Shown in pieces: positions 1 through 12,996 of a stretch of 64,000 bases of DNA (positions are counted from its first letter, which is position 1; every line of letters starts with the position of its first letter). A program made the position numbers and the translations under genes. The stretch comes from Harriotta raleighana. Lineage: Eukaryota. The stretch spans positions 2,323,312 through 2,387,311 of the forward strand of contig JBNZDD010013687.1 in assembly GCA_050575255.1 (NCBI GenBank), read 5' to 3'. Below the pieces are notes generated by a model. The model saw only the letters and a list, made by a program, of their open reading frames with translations. It did no database searches and was not told the origin of the DNA.

Positions 1-1344
1 TTGACCTTGAGATGCAGTGGAAGGGAAACTGCATTTCAATGAATCTCCCGACCAGTCATTTTCAAATGACATTTAATTCTTTTTTGTGTGTATATGGGGG
101 TAGGGGGCAGCAGGAGGAGAAAACAAATGTCCCCACTGACATTACTGCAACTCAAACCTATTGCAATCAGTCTGTTTCAGTATTAGATTCCTAACACATT
201 GAGTCCCGGAGACTCTAATTTTCACACACAACAGATGTTGGAATAATGGCAGTTAAGATAGATGACTAAAAGCATTTTACATTCGAAACACATACCATTA
301 TTGCTTTGACAATACAACAATGCAGTGCAAAAACTGCGAAGATAAAGCTGAACAAATAGCTGCACACTGCACTCTCACAGATGCACTGTGAATATAAATG
401 ACGCCAGCAACTGCAAATAATAGAACAGGCAGAGGTAACTAACTGAAATATTAGAGCCCAGTCCATAGCAAGAAAATAATTTCCTGGCTAAAATCCAACT
501 AATACAAAACTAGCTGCTCCCAGTGATTTAATTAGACAAGTTTTCCCATTTACTTCTCTTGATTCAGCAAAGGGAAGCCAGCACCATGTATCAACCTCTT
601 TAGCCGGATGTGGGCACAATCCTTGTAAATTGTCTGCGGTCTAAATTATGTGATCAATGTGTGTGTTACAAGGACATGCTCCTCTTAAAAGTAAAAATCC
701 ATTCTTTCAACAGTGCATTCAAAAAAAGTACAGATCTGTGTTCGAACGTAAATTCTCCATTGTAGTCAGCCAGAATCTGTACCACACTTAAAATGCTCTG
801 GTTTATACCAAGTAGGTATTAATCAAACTTTATTGTGGATGGCTAAAGTAACAGTGCTATATATATATATTTAGTGTATCTGCAATATATATTTTTAAAG
901 AGCAAATGTAAGAGAGCACTTTCTATGGTGCGTTGCACTTCAACATACCGCTACAACTGTGCAGCAAAAGGTTCACTGCACTGATTGACTAAAGAGCTGC
1001 AGGTTTAGGACAGTCTTTTAATTGAAACTATTTGAAGTGTGATTTCCAGGAAACCATCAAAATCATGGACAGAATGGCTTCAATCAGTAAAACTGAATCA
1101 CCTCAGATGCAGCGATTAGGTTCCAGCGAAGGACAAATGAAGGATGCAACACACTCAGACTACAGATGAAGCAGATCTCAAAGAACAGGAGGGAGGCTAG
1201 AGTATCTGCATGTAACAAACGCACAGAGCCAGAACCACAATCCAAGCATACAGAGATCCACAGCTCCCATTGTTTGAATTAATGAAGGAAGAGACGCTGT
1301 AAATAAAAAAACGTAGATGCTGATTTTATTGGGAACAATAAGTA

Positions 1345-1570
1345 ACTTGTGAAAAGGGAGTTTCTCCCAGTGACCTGGCCAATAATCCTCCAGATAAAAT
1401 TGGTCATTCACCCCATGACTGATTTTGGCTGACATTGCTAGGTGCAAACTGGCTGCCGGGTTCGCCTACAAAATAAACAGTCACTATATTGTATAGTAAA
1501 TAAACCCTGTGAAGCACGTTGAGACATTTCAATCACGTAATAGGGAGCTTTATGAAATGCAAGATAATTT
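1345..1570 (+). mobile_element. Old DeuSINE-like (AmnSINE1/SacSINE1-type) 3' fragment
   Basis: gggagtttctcccagtgacctggccaata ... gtgcaaactggctgccgggttcgcctaca ... tgtgaagcacgttgagac ... aaatgcaag resembles the Deu-domain 3' part and tail. Confidence 0.6.
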
Positions 1571-3530
1571 ACCGATAGTGAAAAGCATGATGCCCTAAAT
1601 GTGATCAAGTTTGCTTCTCAATTACACTGGTTATGAATATTTTCTTTTAAAATCTCAATGATCAAAAAATAGGGAGAATTAACAAGAACATGCTCAGAAT
1701 GCAGTGCAATTCCTTTCATGTACCTTAAAAGGAGACCAGCTGGTGTAATATTAGATGTTCCACTAATGTATTCCGTGTGGGGAGGAACAGAAAGGTAATG
1801 GTGCTCCATGCACTGAAGGTTTATTTTCCTGGAATGAATTCACAATAATGTACAACATAAAACGCTCATTTTATTTTCCTATTTCTGGGGTTGACAGATT
1901 GTTAAGACTTGCAGTTGCTCTGATAAGGATTAAATATTTGACAGATTGGCTAACACAAACTCTCAAAGCTATAATGAGGGATCCACTGAGAAAAGCTCCA
2001 TCTTTAGAAGAAAAATTCTCTTGAACATTTAAGAGCTTTTGCTGGCACAAAATACGCGAAGGTAATGAATCCAAAGTCTTCGCAGGCCGTTTATTAATTA
2101 GCCAAATATGAATTGCTGGCAGCAGTCCATGTTTTTGAAAGAAAGAATCTTTGCAAGGCTATGAATACAGTCCCAACAGAAACCATAATCTTCATAATTT
2201 AAAGAAATAACAGATCAACGTAAATACCCAATCACATTGTAGTGTAATTTGTTGCATACTGTGTTTCTATTTATTTTTTTTAAAAATTAACTTTAATGCC
2301 CTGCACTACAAATGAGTGTCCAAAGTAATTCCCCACATGGCCAGTTTTCAATCTCAAGCAGACCATCCCCAGAGGCAGGGAATAAGATTTTTTTTAATAG
2401 TAAGAGGGCAAGTTAATCCACTATATTCCGATGCATCTCACAGTGGCACCTTGAAAAGCAGTACTGCGAGCAGTACTGAAACCTTCCTGATTCCAGAAAT
2501 TGAACAAGGGATCTGAGCTACACACTTTCAGAAACATGATGCACACGTTAAACAGCATTATCATAAATAGTCCGCTCACTTTTGGGGTAGCAATGTATTT
2601 TGTAAATGCGAGATGCCAGTTAACAACCATTCACAGTGCACATTCCTTGCTATTTTGATGGGAGATAAAATTTAGCATGAGCAAAGATGAGAGGAAATTG
2701 ATTCCTTAATGCAGAAGCCAAGAAGAGATCAGGAACTCATTCAATGGTGAATTATTGGGTGGGAGGAGGGAAGGAACTCCATGGGTTTGTATTTTGCAGC
2801 TGAATAAAGATCCATTAACTATGGTATTATTATTATTTTTAATGCAAAAAATATTTTAAATGCTATTTTATAAGATGATTTTAAGATACTAATGTTTATT
2901 ACTTGGAAATTTGGGTTTGCCAGCAATAAATTTCTAGCAACTCAAAAGATTTTAGTTAAACAGCTATCATATGTTCCTCAAAAACATCACTTTCTATCAG
3001 TTTGAGTATTATCAAATACAAACATAATAGGCAGCAAATGTACTTGAGCATCAGACACCACAAATGCACTGACGACAGAATCTGCAGTAAAATTGGAGTT
3101 GAGAAAGAAATTAGCAATTTTTCTTCTGAAGACTGCATCAAAGGAGAGAACAATACCTCAGAGGTTAAACTTCTGATCACTGTGGCAATAAAATTCAGTT
3201 CACTATCATTACTTCAAAGATGTTCTCTGGCAAAGGTCCAGAAAAGAGGTCCGCAGGCTCATAAATTTTTAAAAACAGGTCAGCAAGAATCCATAATCTT
3301 CTCCAACTAGTCTATCTCACAAGACAGGCATGATGGCAGCGCCACCTGTCACCACAGGACGGAAATGCGGTTGTGCCCGTTCAACTGAAATTCCACCCAA
3401 TATTGAACTAGAATATCAGTTTGTCCTCAAATTCAAGAAAGTGCAGAATTGTTTCAAAACAAACATTGAATAAAAATTCAACTCAATTTTGAGGCTGATA
3501 TTCTGCGATTCTTGAAAAAGAATTCTAGGT

Positions 3531-3830
3531 AATAATAATAATCATGATCCTTGCATTTTGATAGAACGCTTGTCACGTCTTCTAGATGTCCCAAAGCACT
3601 TCACAGAATATACTGTAAAGTGACTTGTCTGTGTATGTGGGAAAAATGTAGCAGCCAATTGCGCACAGCATCGTCCCACAGTCGTGGATTGAAATTACCC
3701 CCCAAACGTTTGAGGGATTACGATCAGGCGTGTGGAGTAAGGAAGTTTGTCCAAGGTTTTTCCCTGAGCCCAAGTCTCCCAGGTCTCTTACTTGTAAGGC
3801 AAGTGCTCTAACCACTGAGCTACAGGACTC
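3531..3830 (-). mobile_element. tRNA-derived SINE, near full length
   Basis: Reverse complement begins gagtcctgtagctcagtggttagagcacttgcc (A box) and ends aaatgcaagga...(tta)n. Same family as 9254, 22206, 41429 and 46661. Confidence 0.9.
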
Positions 3831-4972
3831 TACATAAAGAGTATATCTTATGGAAAAACGTCTTCTAAATTAAAACTGAATTAACTTTTTTTTCAACATT
3901 TTGGACCATCTTAAATTGGATGACAATGACATGAAAGCTGCAAGACCATGGGAGTTTAATGCCTCAGCTAAAATTATTATTGCAGTAGTATATTGGAAAC
4001 AGTGCCAAGTGACTTCACTGGTTTATGTAAGAGCTGAACCAGAACAGGAGCTAAATTATTCTCGCTTTACTGTGCCTATAAGAGTGCTTTGATTCCCTAT
4101 AGATTTGCATGTTATGATTTTGAGAGCTAATTCTAAAATCATTTGACATAACAAACAGCAAATCAAACATTTATACATTCTTTAAAGTAGAAGGTTAGAC
4201 TTTTGCTCTGAATAAAACTTGAAATTTTCATTTTTTATTTCTCAAAGTTAACCATTTGTTAGCACGTTTTCTGAAATGTCTGTTTTGAAATGAAATGATT
4301 TCTGAAATCACCAAGTAGGAAAATGAGTTTTTCCACCTGTTCTGATTTGAATCCTTAGACCTAAACATACTGTATGCCAAAAGCAAATCATGAATTTCAG
4401 TGATCTGAAAAAATGATGTTTGACAATGCATAATCTGTGCAATAATGGCAAACATATCATCGATAATTTATTTGACAATGCTGTAGTTAAAATACTATGA
4501 CTGTTGAAAGCTGCTGAATGAGAAGGGCAGCCAGATGCAACACATCATGTGTGGATCAGGCAGGTTTTTCTTACCAGTAAGTTTATCTCATTGGAACAGA
4601 ATAGATTCTCTCTTCAGGTCGGATTAGACGGAAGAGCTGAGAAACTCCTTTTGGCAGAATTCACATTGGAACAATTCGTTATTTATCCCTCTTTCAACTT
4701 CTCTGATGCCTGCACACAAGAATGCATTGTGAATGTCAAGTATTGCAGGTTATTTTTACAACCTTTTGAGCTTGGCTTGCTCTAGTGGAACGATTGCTAT
4801 GACATAGAATGAGCCAGACAGTGGCAGTATTTGTTTTATAAACAAGAATGATCTCAGTCTCTTCTCACTGCAGTTTCTTTTCAGTTAAGATTCTTAATGT
4901 TTTGCCTCTCTGTTCTTTCAACAAACCCATCTAAAGTCTTACTTCAATCATCCTTTTTTTCAACCTTCCTTT

Positions 4973-5031
4973 GCACCTTGGGACGTCCTCCTGACGTGAA
5001 AGGCGCTCTATAAATGTAATTTTGTTGTTGT
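4973..5031 (+). mobile_element. L2 LINE extreme 3' tail
   Basis: ccttgggacgtcctcctgacgtgaaaggcgctctataaatgtaatttt(gtt)n matches the ends of the longer L2 copies in this window. Confidence 0.8.
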
Positions 5032-7039
5032 TCTCACCATCTCTTTGTTGAGCAGTTTCTCACCATCTATTGAGCAGTTTTGTCTCGTTCTCACTTCAGC
5101 TGCCTTTGTTCTTTGCAAGAGAATCTCTTTCTCCTCCAAAAGCAGGCTGGAGAATGTTATTTAATAAATTGACATAAACATAAAACTGTGACAGAAACTA
5201 CAAAAAAGCACCCCCCACCCTGCCACTTTTCCAACTCTCTCCCCAATCCTTTCCACTGCTACTTTCTAGTATTTACCCCACCACATAAAATCTTCCTTCT
5301 CCTTAAAGTGGCTACAGTGCAGACCTTGATTTTTAAAAAATGGAATTCAAATTCCATTAGGTTTTGCTTTCCTAAAAAGAAACTATCCATCAATTTTTTT
5401 TCTACTGAATATTAACTGCAGTATAAACAGGGCTGGATTTTGAAGCCATTAAGTACAAAGTTCGTAAGGAAATTTGATGCCCCTTTCAGGCTAAAGCCGA
5501 CTGTATTCTTTTCAATAAATTCTGCAGTCAGTTTCAGGTCAGCCTCAAACAACATTATCTTCAGAACCATTTTAATCAGGATCAATATTCAAATTGCTCT
5601 TTTATAATGAGAGTTTTACCCTACAAATCTGTGCCTTACAGCTACTTTTGTAGTTCTTTTTTCCTCCTTATTTAATGCTTTAATATTAATCCAATATAAA
5701 ATTCTTTGATTCTGAACATACAAGTGTGAGACTGACCTGAAACGGATTATACAGGAGATGAGAAGAACACAATTTCAAATTGAACTGTATGCTGTCATGG
5801 ATTTAGAACTTGCTACTTTTTTTCCCATCTCAAGCTGTCAGTCAGCTTGCTCCATTACAGTACAACTTGTTTCGCATGACAAAACTTTACAGAATGACTT
5901 TTTGTGTTAACATTTCCACCGTATACCTTACTGCAAAAATGTACAGCTATAAGGATATTCTGTGGAAGTTGAATAGAACACAAAGTGATTTGAACATCAA
6001 GCATCAAGTAGTTTTTTTCCCCCAAATAATGAATGGGTTTGAGGAAAACAAGTGACTATTGAAAACTGCAGTTAGAAAAGAAAACAGTGATAGAGAAATA
6101 ATGTAAGAGTCAGGAGATAAAACAGCACAGATTTTTGAAAAGTGGGCGGTGGAAATGAGTTGTGTAAAAAGATACTATTTTACAGGCTAGTGCATTTATG
6201 ACTGAATATCAATATGATTGTTTGGGGAAATCACTCAGGGCTAAGTTCTGAAAAGTGTAATGTGCCTACGAGCTGAATCATCGTGAGCTAAAACAAACTG
6301 CAGAGCTGAAAGCACAATGTTTGACTTCCCTGTATGCCCTCCTCTGACTGAGAGCAGGTGAAGGACAGTACGGATAACAATAATAATCCTTGCATTTAGA
6401 TCACCTGGTCCCTGCCTACAAAAACAATCACTACAATTTCCAGTTATTTTTTTCGGAAACAGTGTGAGATATTTTGATATTGATATTTTCACAAGGTGCA
6501 TAAAAAATTAAAGTTCCTTTTTTCTACTGTCTTGTGCTCTTGAAACATGTCCAGGAGTCCATAACATTTTCTGGTGTGAGGAGTGTGGGAAGAGAAACAA
6601 AGGAAAATATGGAGAGAAGATGAAGCGTCCAGCAAAGATAAAAAATCTTAGAAAGTTTAGAACATCTTTCAAAGTTAAACAGCAAAATTGAATGGTGATT
6701 TATGTAAATAAGCATAATTCTCCAAGGAAAATCTTCAATCCATTTTTGCAAGGGAAAAGCTAAATGTTTTGAACATTCGCTGCTGATAAAAATTAATGAA
6801 CAGTTCTTCACTGAAAGGATTTCCATTTTGTCTGAATCATAATTTTCACTAGAGAGCAGCATTTCATGTCAAAGGACTGAATTAAACAGATTAAGCTTGT
6901 TTAAGAACAGATTTAGTTCAAATATTATTGAGGAATAAGCATGAATCTTAAAACATGGAATGAGAACATCTCATTCATCCATTAAGCCCCCAGTCTTTCC
7001 AAAGACTAAGTATAATTCAGAGGCGTACAGCATCCTGCA

Positions 7040-7960
7040 AACGCCCAAACATGCGGCTAATGTCAGAGTGCTTCCTAGTCACATTCTCTCACCTGGCCTC
7101 CATCAACATAGGCTGCCTCCGGATTGAGTTACTCAACACTCAGCTCCATTGCATAGAACAGAGCCTCAGGGAAAGCCACTCCTCACATATACAGTACAGT
7201 GCAACAATTCAATCAATGAGAAATGAAATCACTTCAAGCAGTCAGGTGAAGCTCCACTCCAACATACCAGGTTATTTCCTTCCACTTCTTGCTTTGAATT
7301 GTTCCCTCCTAGATTGATTGTGATTTGGCTGGATAACCTATACATCTCGTAATTTTGTTGGGGTATCTGCAAAAAACCAGGCCGCACCCATTATCTGAGT
7401 ACAAACTCACCCGCAGAATCTCCTGAGTGAAACAAGCACCAAATATTAGCATTGGAAACACCTCAATATTCATCCATCCTGACACCTCGAACATTCAACC
7501 AAGGATGCTACTCCTCAGAAACATCTTCCACTCCAACAGCACAGAACCCATCATGGGAGCATTAGACCCAGCTCTGCCTTCACTTAATCTTGTGCTAATC
7601 TGCTCCTTTTGGAAGAGGTTATGAGACGTGGCATTAACTGCTTTTGCTGGGAATCCAATCGACATATTCTGCACTCTGACTCTGTGGGGGAAGAAACAAG
7701 CTTTTTCTTATCTCAAGTCCCTGGAGGTTTGTTAACTTTAAACCAATGTCCTCAAGCTCTGGGCTCACAACATGAATCTAAACATCCTTCGTACACCTAC
7801 CGGATTACTTTATGTTATACTTATACCTACTGGATTCATTCACAGTAGTTCTGCACATGTTTCTGCCATCCACCTATACCCAGAGACTGTTGTTCTAACA
7901 AGCTACATCTCCAAGAGGGGCTTTACAACAAGGTTCATGAGGTTCTGCAATGACCACTGG
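7040..7960 (+). mobile_element. Possible highly decayed Penelope-like retroelement fragment
   Basis: Frameshifted remnants in the expected order: FVNF, RTPT, YTQRL, then a stretch similar to ICSQDEAF codons. Weak, by eye only. Confidence 0.25.
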
Positions 7961-8477
7961 GAAGGCAACAAATCTGGGTTTAAAAAGCCTTTTACAGTTG
8001 AAGAGGCTACAGTTCATTTAAGAATACGAATGGAGACTGCCCTGCAGCCCTCTGCCTCATGACATTAATTTCACAGTGGCCTCTTACTGCCTTGGTAAAT
8101 GTCACATGCTCAATTCTTTGTTTCTTGTGTACTTTGCTTGAACCAAAATACATTTTGTTCCTTTCCATTTAGTTGCTGTGTCCAGTGACGGAAAGAGCAT
8201 TTTTTCCCTCAATTTAACAAAACAACTTCCAGCCACACACAAGATGCATTAATGCCAGGCACCATTAATGCCACTATTGCTCGGTTTCACTGAATTATGC
8301 AAGGGCATACAAGTCTGAAGCTTCTCATAAGTGTATTGAGAATAGCAGTCTGGGACATTGCCACAACAGTATTCAATCCAAGCACAGGTTACTATGTCGG
8401 ACAGTCGGGTTCACAGAAAAGAATTTCAGTAAATGCAGAAAGCCACAGGCTATGTGAAGAACTGTGCAGGAGGAAGT

Positions 8478-8590
8478 CACAAGATCACAAGATTAGTTCA
8501 GATGAAGAAGGCCCTTCAGCGCATTTGACCTCATCCTACCAGAATATGCCATCCTCACATCACAGCATCAAACTGCTTTGTTTTTAAAAT
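8478..8590 (-). mobile_element. CR1-like 3' tail remnant
   Basis: acaagatcacaagattagttcagatgaagaaggcccttcagc is complementary to the tail seen at about 16070-16130. A similar remnant lies at about 9890-9995. Confidence 0.45.
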
Positions 8591-8594
8591 GAGC

Positions 8595-8865
8595 CCCACA
8601 AAGAGCCATTTAGTGATTGACTAATTTTAATCTGGGGAATTGCTGGTCAGTATCCCAAGATAATTAGCCTTTCAAATAATGCAATAAGAGGTGTCGATCT
8701 GAACAAGTAGATGAGCCCTTAGTTTAATGTCTCAACCAAAATGATACAAAACAATGCAGGCTCTACCAGCACTGCACTGAAATGTCAGTGAGTCAATGCA
8801 GACAATGAGCTCAAAGACCCAATGTGGGGCTTGAACAAGATTGCTACCAAGTAAGCCAGGCTGCC
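8595..8865 (-). mobile_element. Old DeuSINE-like fragment
   Basis: tctgaacaagtagatgagcccttagtttaatgtctcaaccaaa ... cagcactgcactga resembles the reverse Deu domain. Confidence 0.6.
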
Positions 8866-9253
8866 ACATTCCCATGAAAGGAATAAAAAATTGGTAACCA
8901 AATCTGATCTTTATTGGACATTTCCTTCATGAGGTAAGGGAGCTGCTGCCAGAGGGAGAAGATTACTGGCCTCATGTTGATCATGGAAGATTATGCATGT
9001 GAAGGTGGGAAACCCTAAAAGATAGAAGACTGGAATTAATAGATTTCCTAAATAACAAAGTATGCATTTCTCTACTGGTCTTAATTTATGAACAATTGGA
9101 AATTCAACCCTATATCATTTCATGTAAGAGAAAGATATCAATGTCTGTATTTAAAAAAGATACCAATGTTGGGGCTATGAGTATTGAATAGATATTTCTG
9201 TCATTATCTCTCATCTCCTAGATTTTCCATATTTTATTTTTGTTCATTTTGTG

Positions 9254-9517
9254 GAGTCCTGTAGCACAGTGCACTTGCTAGTGAGAGACCTGGATTTGAT
9301 TCCAGGCAGGGCAAGTGTCCTTACTCCACAGGTCTGATAATAATCCCTCGAAAAAAAAGAAATAATAAAATAAAAATCCGCGACTGCTATGCACAATTGG
9401 CTGCTGCGTTTCACCCCCAAAAAAGTCAATTCATTTTACAGTATATTCTGTGAAGCGCTTTGTGGCATCTAGAAAATGTGAAAAGCGCTACATCAAATGC
9501 AAGGATTATTATTATTA
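9254..9517 (+). mobile_element. tRNA-derived SINE
   Basis: gagtcctgtagcacagtg head, gatttgattccagg B-box remnant, and tail caaatgcaaggattattattatta. Confidence 0.9.
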
Positions 9518-11143
9518 TTTTCTAATTGTGAGTCCATTCAAGTCAGTCTTATATAATTGAAATGTATGTGCAAAGGTCAACACAACCAACCTCGACTCAA
9601 TCTCCTCTGCAACCAGGGGAAAATACACAATAAAACCTAGTAGAGTATTGTTTATTTCACAAATAGGAAAATTCCAAATATATGAAAAATCAAAAACTCG
9701 ATACATGGCAAAGACAATGATACTTCACATTATTCCTGCCATTTAAATCTCCCTCACGTCACATTATTCCCCAGACTTTAGACAACTAGCCTTGAAGCAT
9801 TTTGTGCATTTGTGGCATCCACCAGGAGGTGCAAGAGATGAACTCTTAATTTTTTCCTTTAAAAGAGGGAGCATTGAACAAAATCCCAAAAGATGTTCAG
9901 ATAAAGAAGGCATTTTGGCCCATTTGAACTCCTCTTTCTAGAATACCTAGTCTATCATCTTCCAATTATAGTATCAAGCTGCTTCTTAAATGCCTTCCAT
10001 TTGGCAGTTTTACTCCTGCACAATGGGACAATATTGGTGCTTCATAGATTGGGGGAAATCACAGACGTCAATGCAATCCATGTAACATCAATGTTCTATG
10101 CCATTCAGCTTTTTTTTCCCTCTGATACTTGAAAGTGTTTCTTGGTTAGAAGGCAGAGCAATCAGCCTTTGAACATCACCAATCCACACTGGTTGTAGAC
10201 TGCAAGGTGAATCTCAGTTGCAAAACACTTGATTTGTATATTTGATTTGCAATGCCCATCTTAAAATTTAACATTTAAAATACAAGGCATGTTAGGTGAC
10301 TTGAATTTTAATGTTTAAGAGCATTAATTATTTTCCAAGCTTTTAATGATGTAAGATGAAATCCTAAATAATTCATGTTTAAGTAATTTATAAATAATTT
10401 ACAACAAAAATTGTCAGAAAAATATTCTGACTTTTTCATAAAAATAACTGAAGTTTATCTCACTAAAGAGTGGAAAGCTGAAGTGTATATTTTTTACAGA
10501 TTGCATCTTCAAAGTTCACGTTTCATTTACTTTCATAACATGCTCAGTAAATCTAGCTTGCCATATGTCAAACGAACTGGATATAAATTGTTGCATTCTG
10601 AGGTAAAAGCCAGTTTTTAGCATACAATTAGCTCTATATCTCCTACCTAATGATGCAACTTGTGATAAAAATTTCTAGACAAACTCTTTCCTATCAATAT
10701 TCAAATCTTAGAACACCAAGGAAATATGTCCGACTGAACCATAGGTTCATATAAGAAGAACAAATAAAAAATGTATGATGTTCTTTGGGAACTAACTGGA
10801 CTACTATATTAATATTGTGTGCACTTTGAAATCTTTTCAGTCAAAATCTGTGAAGCGCTTTAAAGAGTCTGATGAAATTATTTTTGTTATTTAGAATTTT
10901 GGACATCGTTTTATGCTGCCGTTCAGGTTTGATGGTCAGCTGTTCGTCAAACAGTAACTGCAGCTGTCTGTGTGAGCTTGAGTGCTCTGCTAATAACAAA
11001 CAAGCTCAGCATCTCCGTCTAAGTAATTCTATGAATGTCTAAACAGGATTGTGCCTTGTTTCTCTGAAAAGGTTTCAGAAACCAAAAATTGTGTTGCTCC
11101 CCAGTACCCTTAAAGTGATAATGGAAAAAACAAAAATCAATTT

Positions 11144-11157
11144 GTTTCCTAGGCAAC
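11144..11157. promoter_or_regulatory. RFX X-box motif
   Basis: GTTTCCTAGGCAAC, a 14-bp near-palindrome matching the X-box consensus, in non-repetitive sequence. Confidence 0.5.
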
Positions 11158-11913
11158 AAGCAATGGTTTATTTTCGGTCTTATTAACCCTAAAATTGTGA
11201 ATATTATGCTTTGAGTCTCCCTCTTTCTTTAGATAAAACCTAATCTTGGTCAACACACAATAGTGATGAATTGCTCATGTCTGCTAATCTCACTATACTA
11301 CTTACCTATAAAACATGTCGACAGGTTAGAGATTACCTCTCTCCAACCTTTTCCAATTTACCCCATGCACTGCAAATGGATTAACAACATACTGATGTGA
11401 ATGTTAATCACCGCTACTCTTAAAAAACAAATGTCCGCTATGCTATTTATTCCAGAATAATGAACCCAGAGCCAGTACAAACTCAGAGCCAGCACAGTTT
11501 GCTTACAGCGCCATTATTGTCACAAGAACAAACGCATTTCCCTTTCAAAAAAAACCGAAGTAATGAGTGTCCATCATTCTCCCATACCTGGCTGGAATTC
11601 ATTGGCAAATTCATTGACCAATGACAAGTTTTTATTAATACTAATACCAAGTGGAGCAATTTTAAAACTTAAAAGAAAATGTTAGAGAACAGAAAGCTGG
11701 AATGGTGCTAATATCATGTACATTTGCAATTCAACAACAACAACAAAATGACATTTGTATGGCGCCTTTATTCATTCAATACTGTGAACTAATTGAAAGC
11801 TGCTGCGTTTATTATGCAATGTACATCTCCATAAGCCATGGAAAACTAAGGCACCACCATTTTTTCTGACGCAATCAAAAAAATGTTGCATTAAGTTACG
11901 ACATTTTAAACAT

Positions 11914-12996
11914 CTGCCTCCTTGTACTCCTTGACCTCTCTGCTGCCTTCGACACTTTCAACCATTCCATCCTCCCAGCTCAATCTTCATGGACCTGCCC
12001 TTGCCTGGTTCGTCTCTTACCTTTCTCACTGTCTCCACTTTGTGGCTTCTCTTCCAGCTCCCGCACTGTCATCTGTGGTGTCCCCCAGGGTTCTATCCTT
12101 GGCTCCCTACTTTTCAATATATACATGCTTCCCTTTGGCGACATCATCCACAGACATGGGGTCAACTTCTACATGTATACAGATAACACCAAACTCTCAT
12201 CTTTCTACCTCCACCCTCGATTCCAAAACCATTGCTGTCCTGACAGACTGCCTATCAGACATCAAGTCCTGGATGAGAGCTAACTTTCTACAGTTGTAAG
12301 TCAACAAGACAGAGGCCCTCTCGATTGACTTGTGCCTTCACATATCATGCATTGGCAGCACCAACCTCCATGATTGCACACTCCACACCAAGCCAGCCAG
12401 GAACCTAGGTGCTTTGTTCAATCATCAACTGCCTTTCCACCCCCACATCCAAGCCATGATCGGCTCTGCCTTCCTTCACTTCCGCAATATTGCCTGACTC
12501 TGCCACTACATCACCCTCAATCAGGCCTTCATCACAACCAGGCTCGATTACGCCAATGCCCTGCTTATTGACCTTACCAATTCCTCTCTCCATAGGCTGC
12601 AGATAACCACTCCATGGCCCATATCCCCTACTGCTCCAAGCTCTGTGATACCATCTCCCCCATTCTTGCCCGACTCCAATGGCTCCCCATCACCCAGAGG
12701 ATTCAATTCAAAATCCTGGTCCTCACCTTCTAAGCCCTCCATAGCCTCACCCCATTCTACCTCTGCAATCTCCCAACCACCTACCAACCTGTTCTCCGCT
12801 CAGCGGCTTCCAGCCTACTCCATGTCCCGCCTCGAGGCCCTTCTCTTCGATGGTGACATTAGTCACCCCAAATCCCCTCCTTTTCCTCCACTCTCTCCGT
12901 TTCTGACCCCCAATTGGGTCTGAAACATTGACTGTCCAGCACTTTGGGACGTCCTCCTGAGTGAAAGGCACTATACAGATGTAATTTTTTTTTGTT
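11914..12996 (+). mobile_element. L2 LINE, 5'-truncated, decayed RT domain plus 3' tail
   Basis: Encodes LLVLLDLSAAFDT, GVPQGSILGSLLFSIYMLP, FYMYTDNT (YADD remnant) and CLSDIKSWMRANFLQL across frameshifts, and ends in the L2 tail. Confidence 0.92.
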
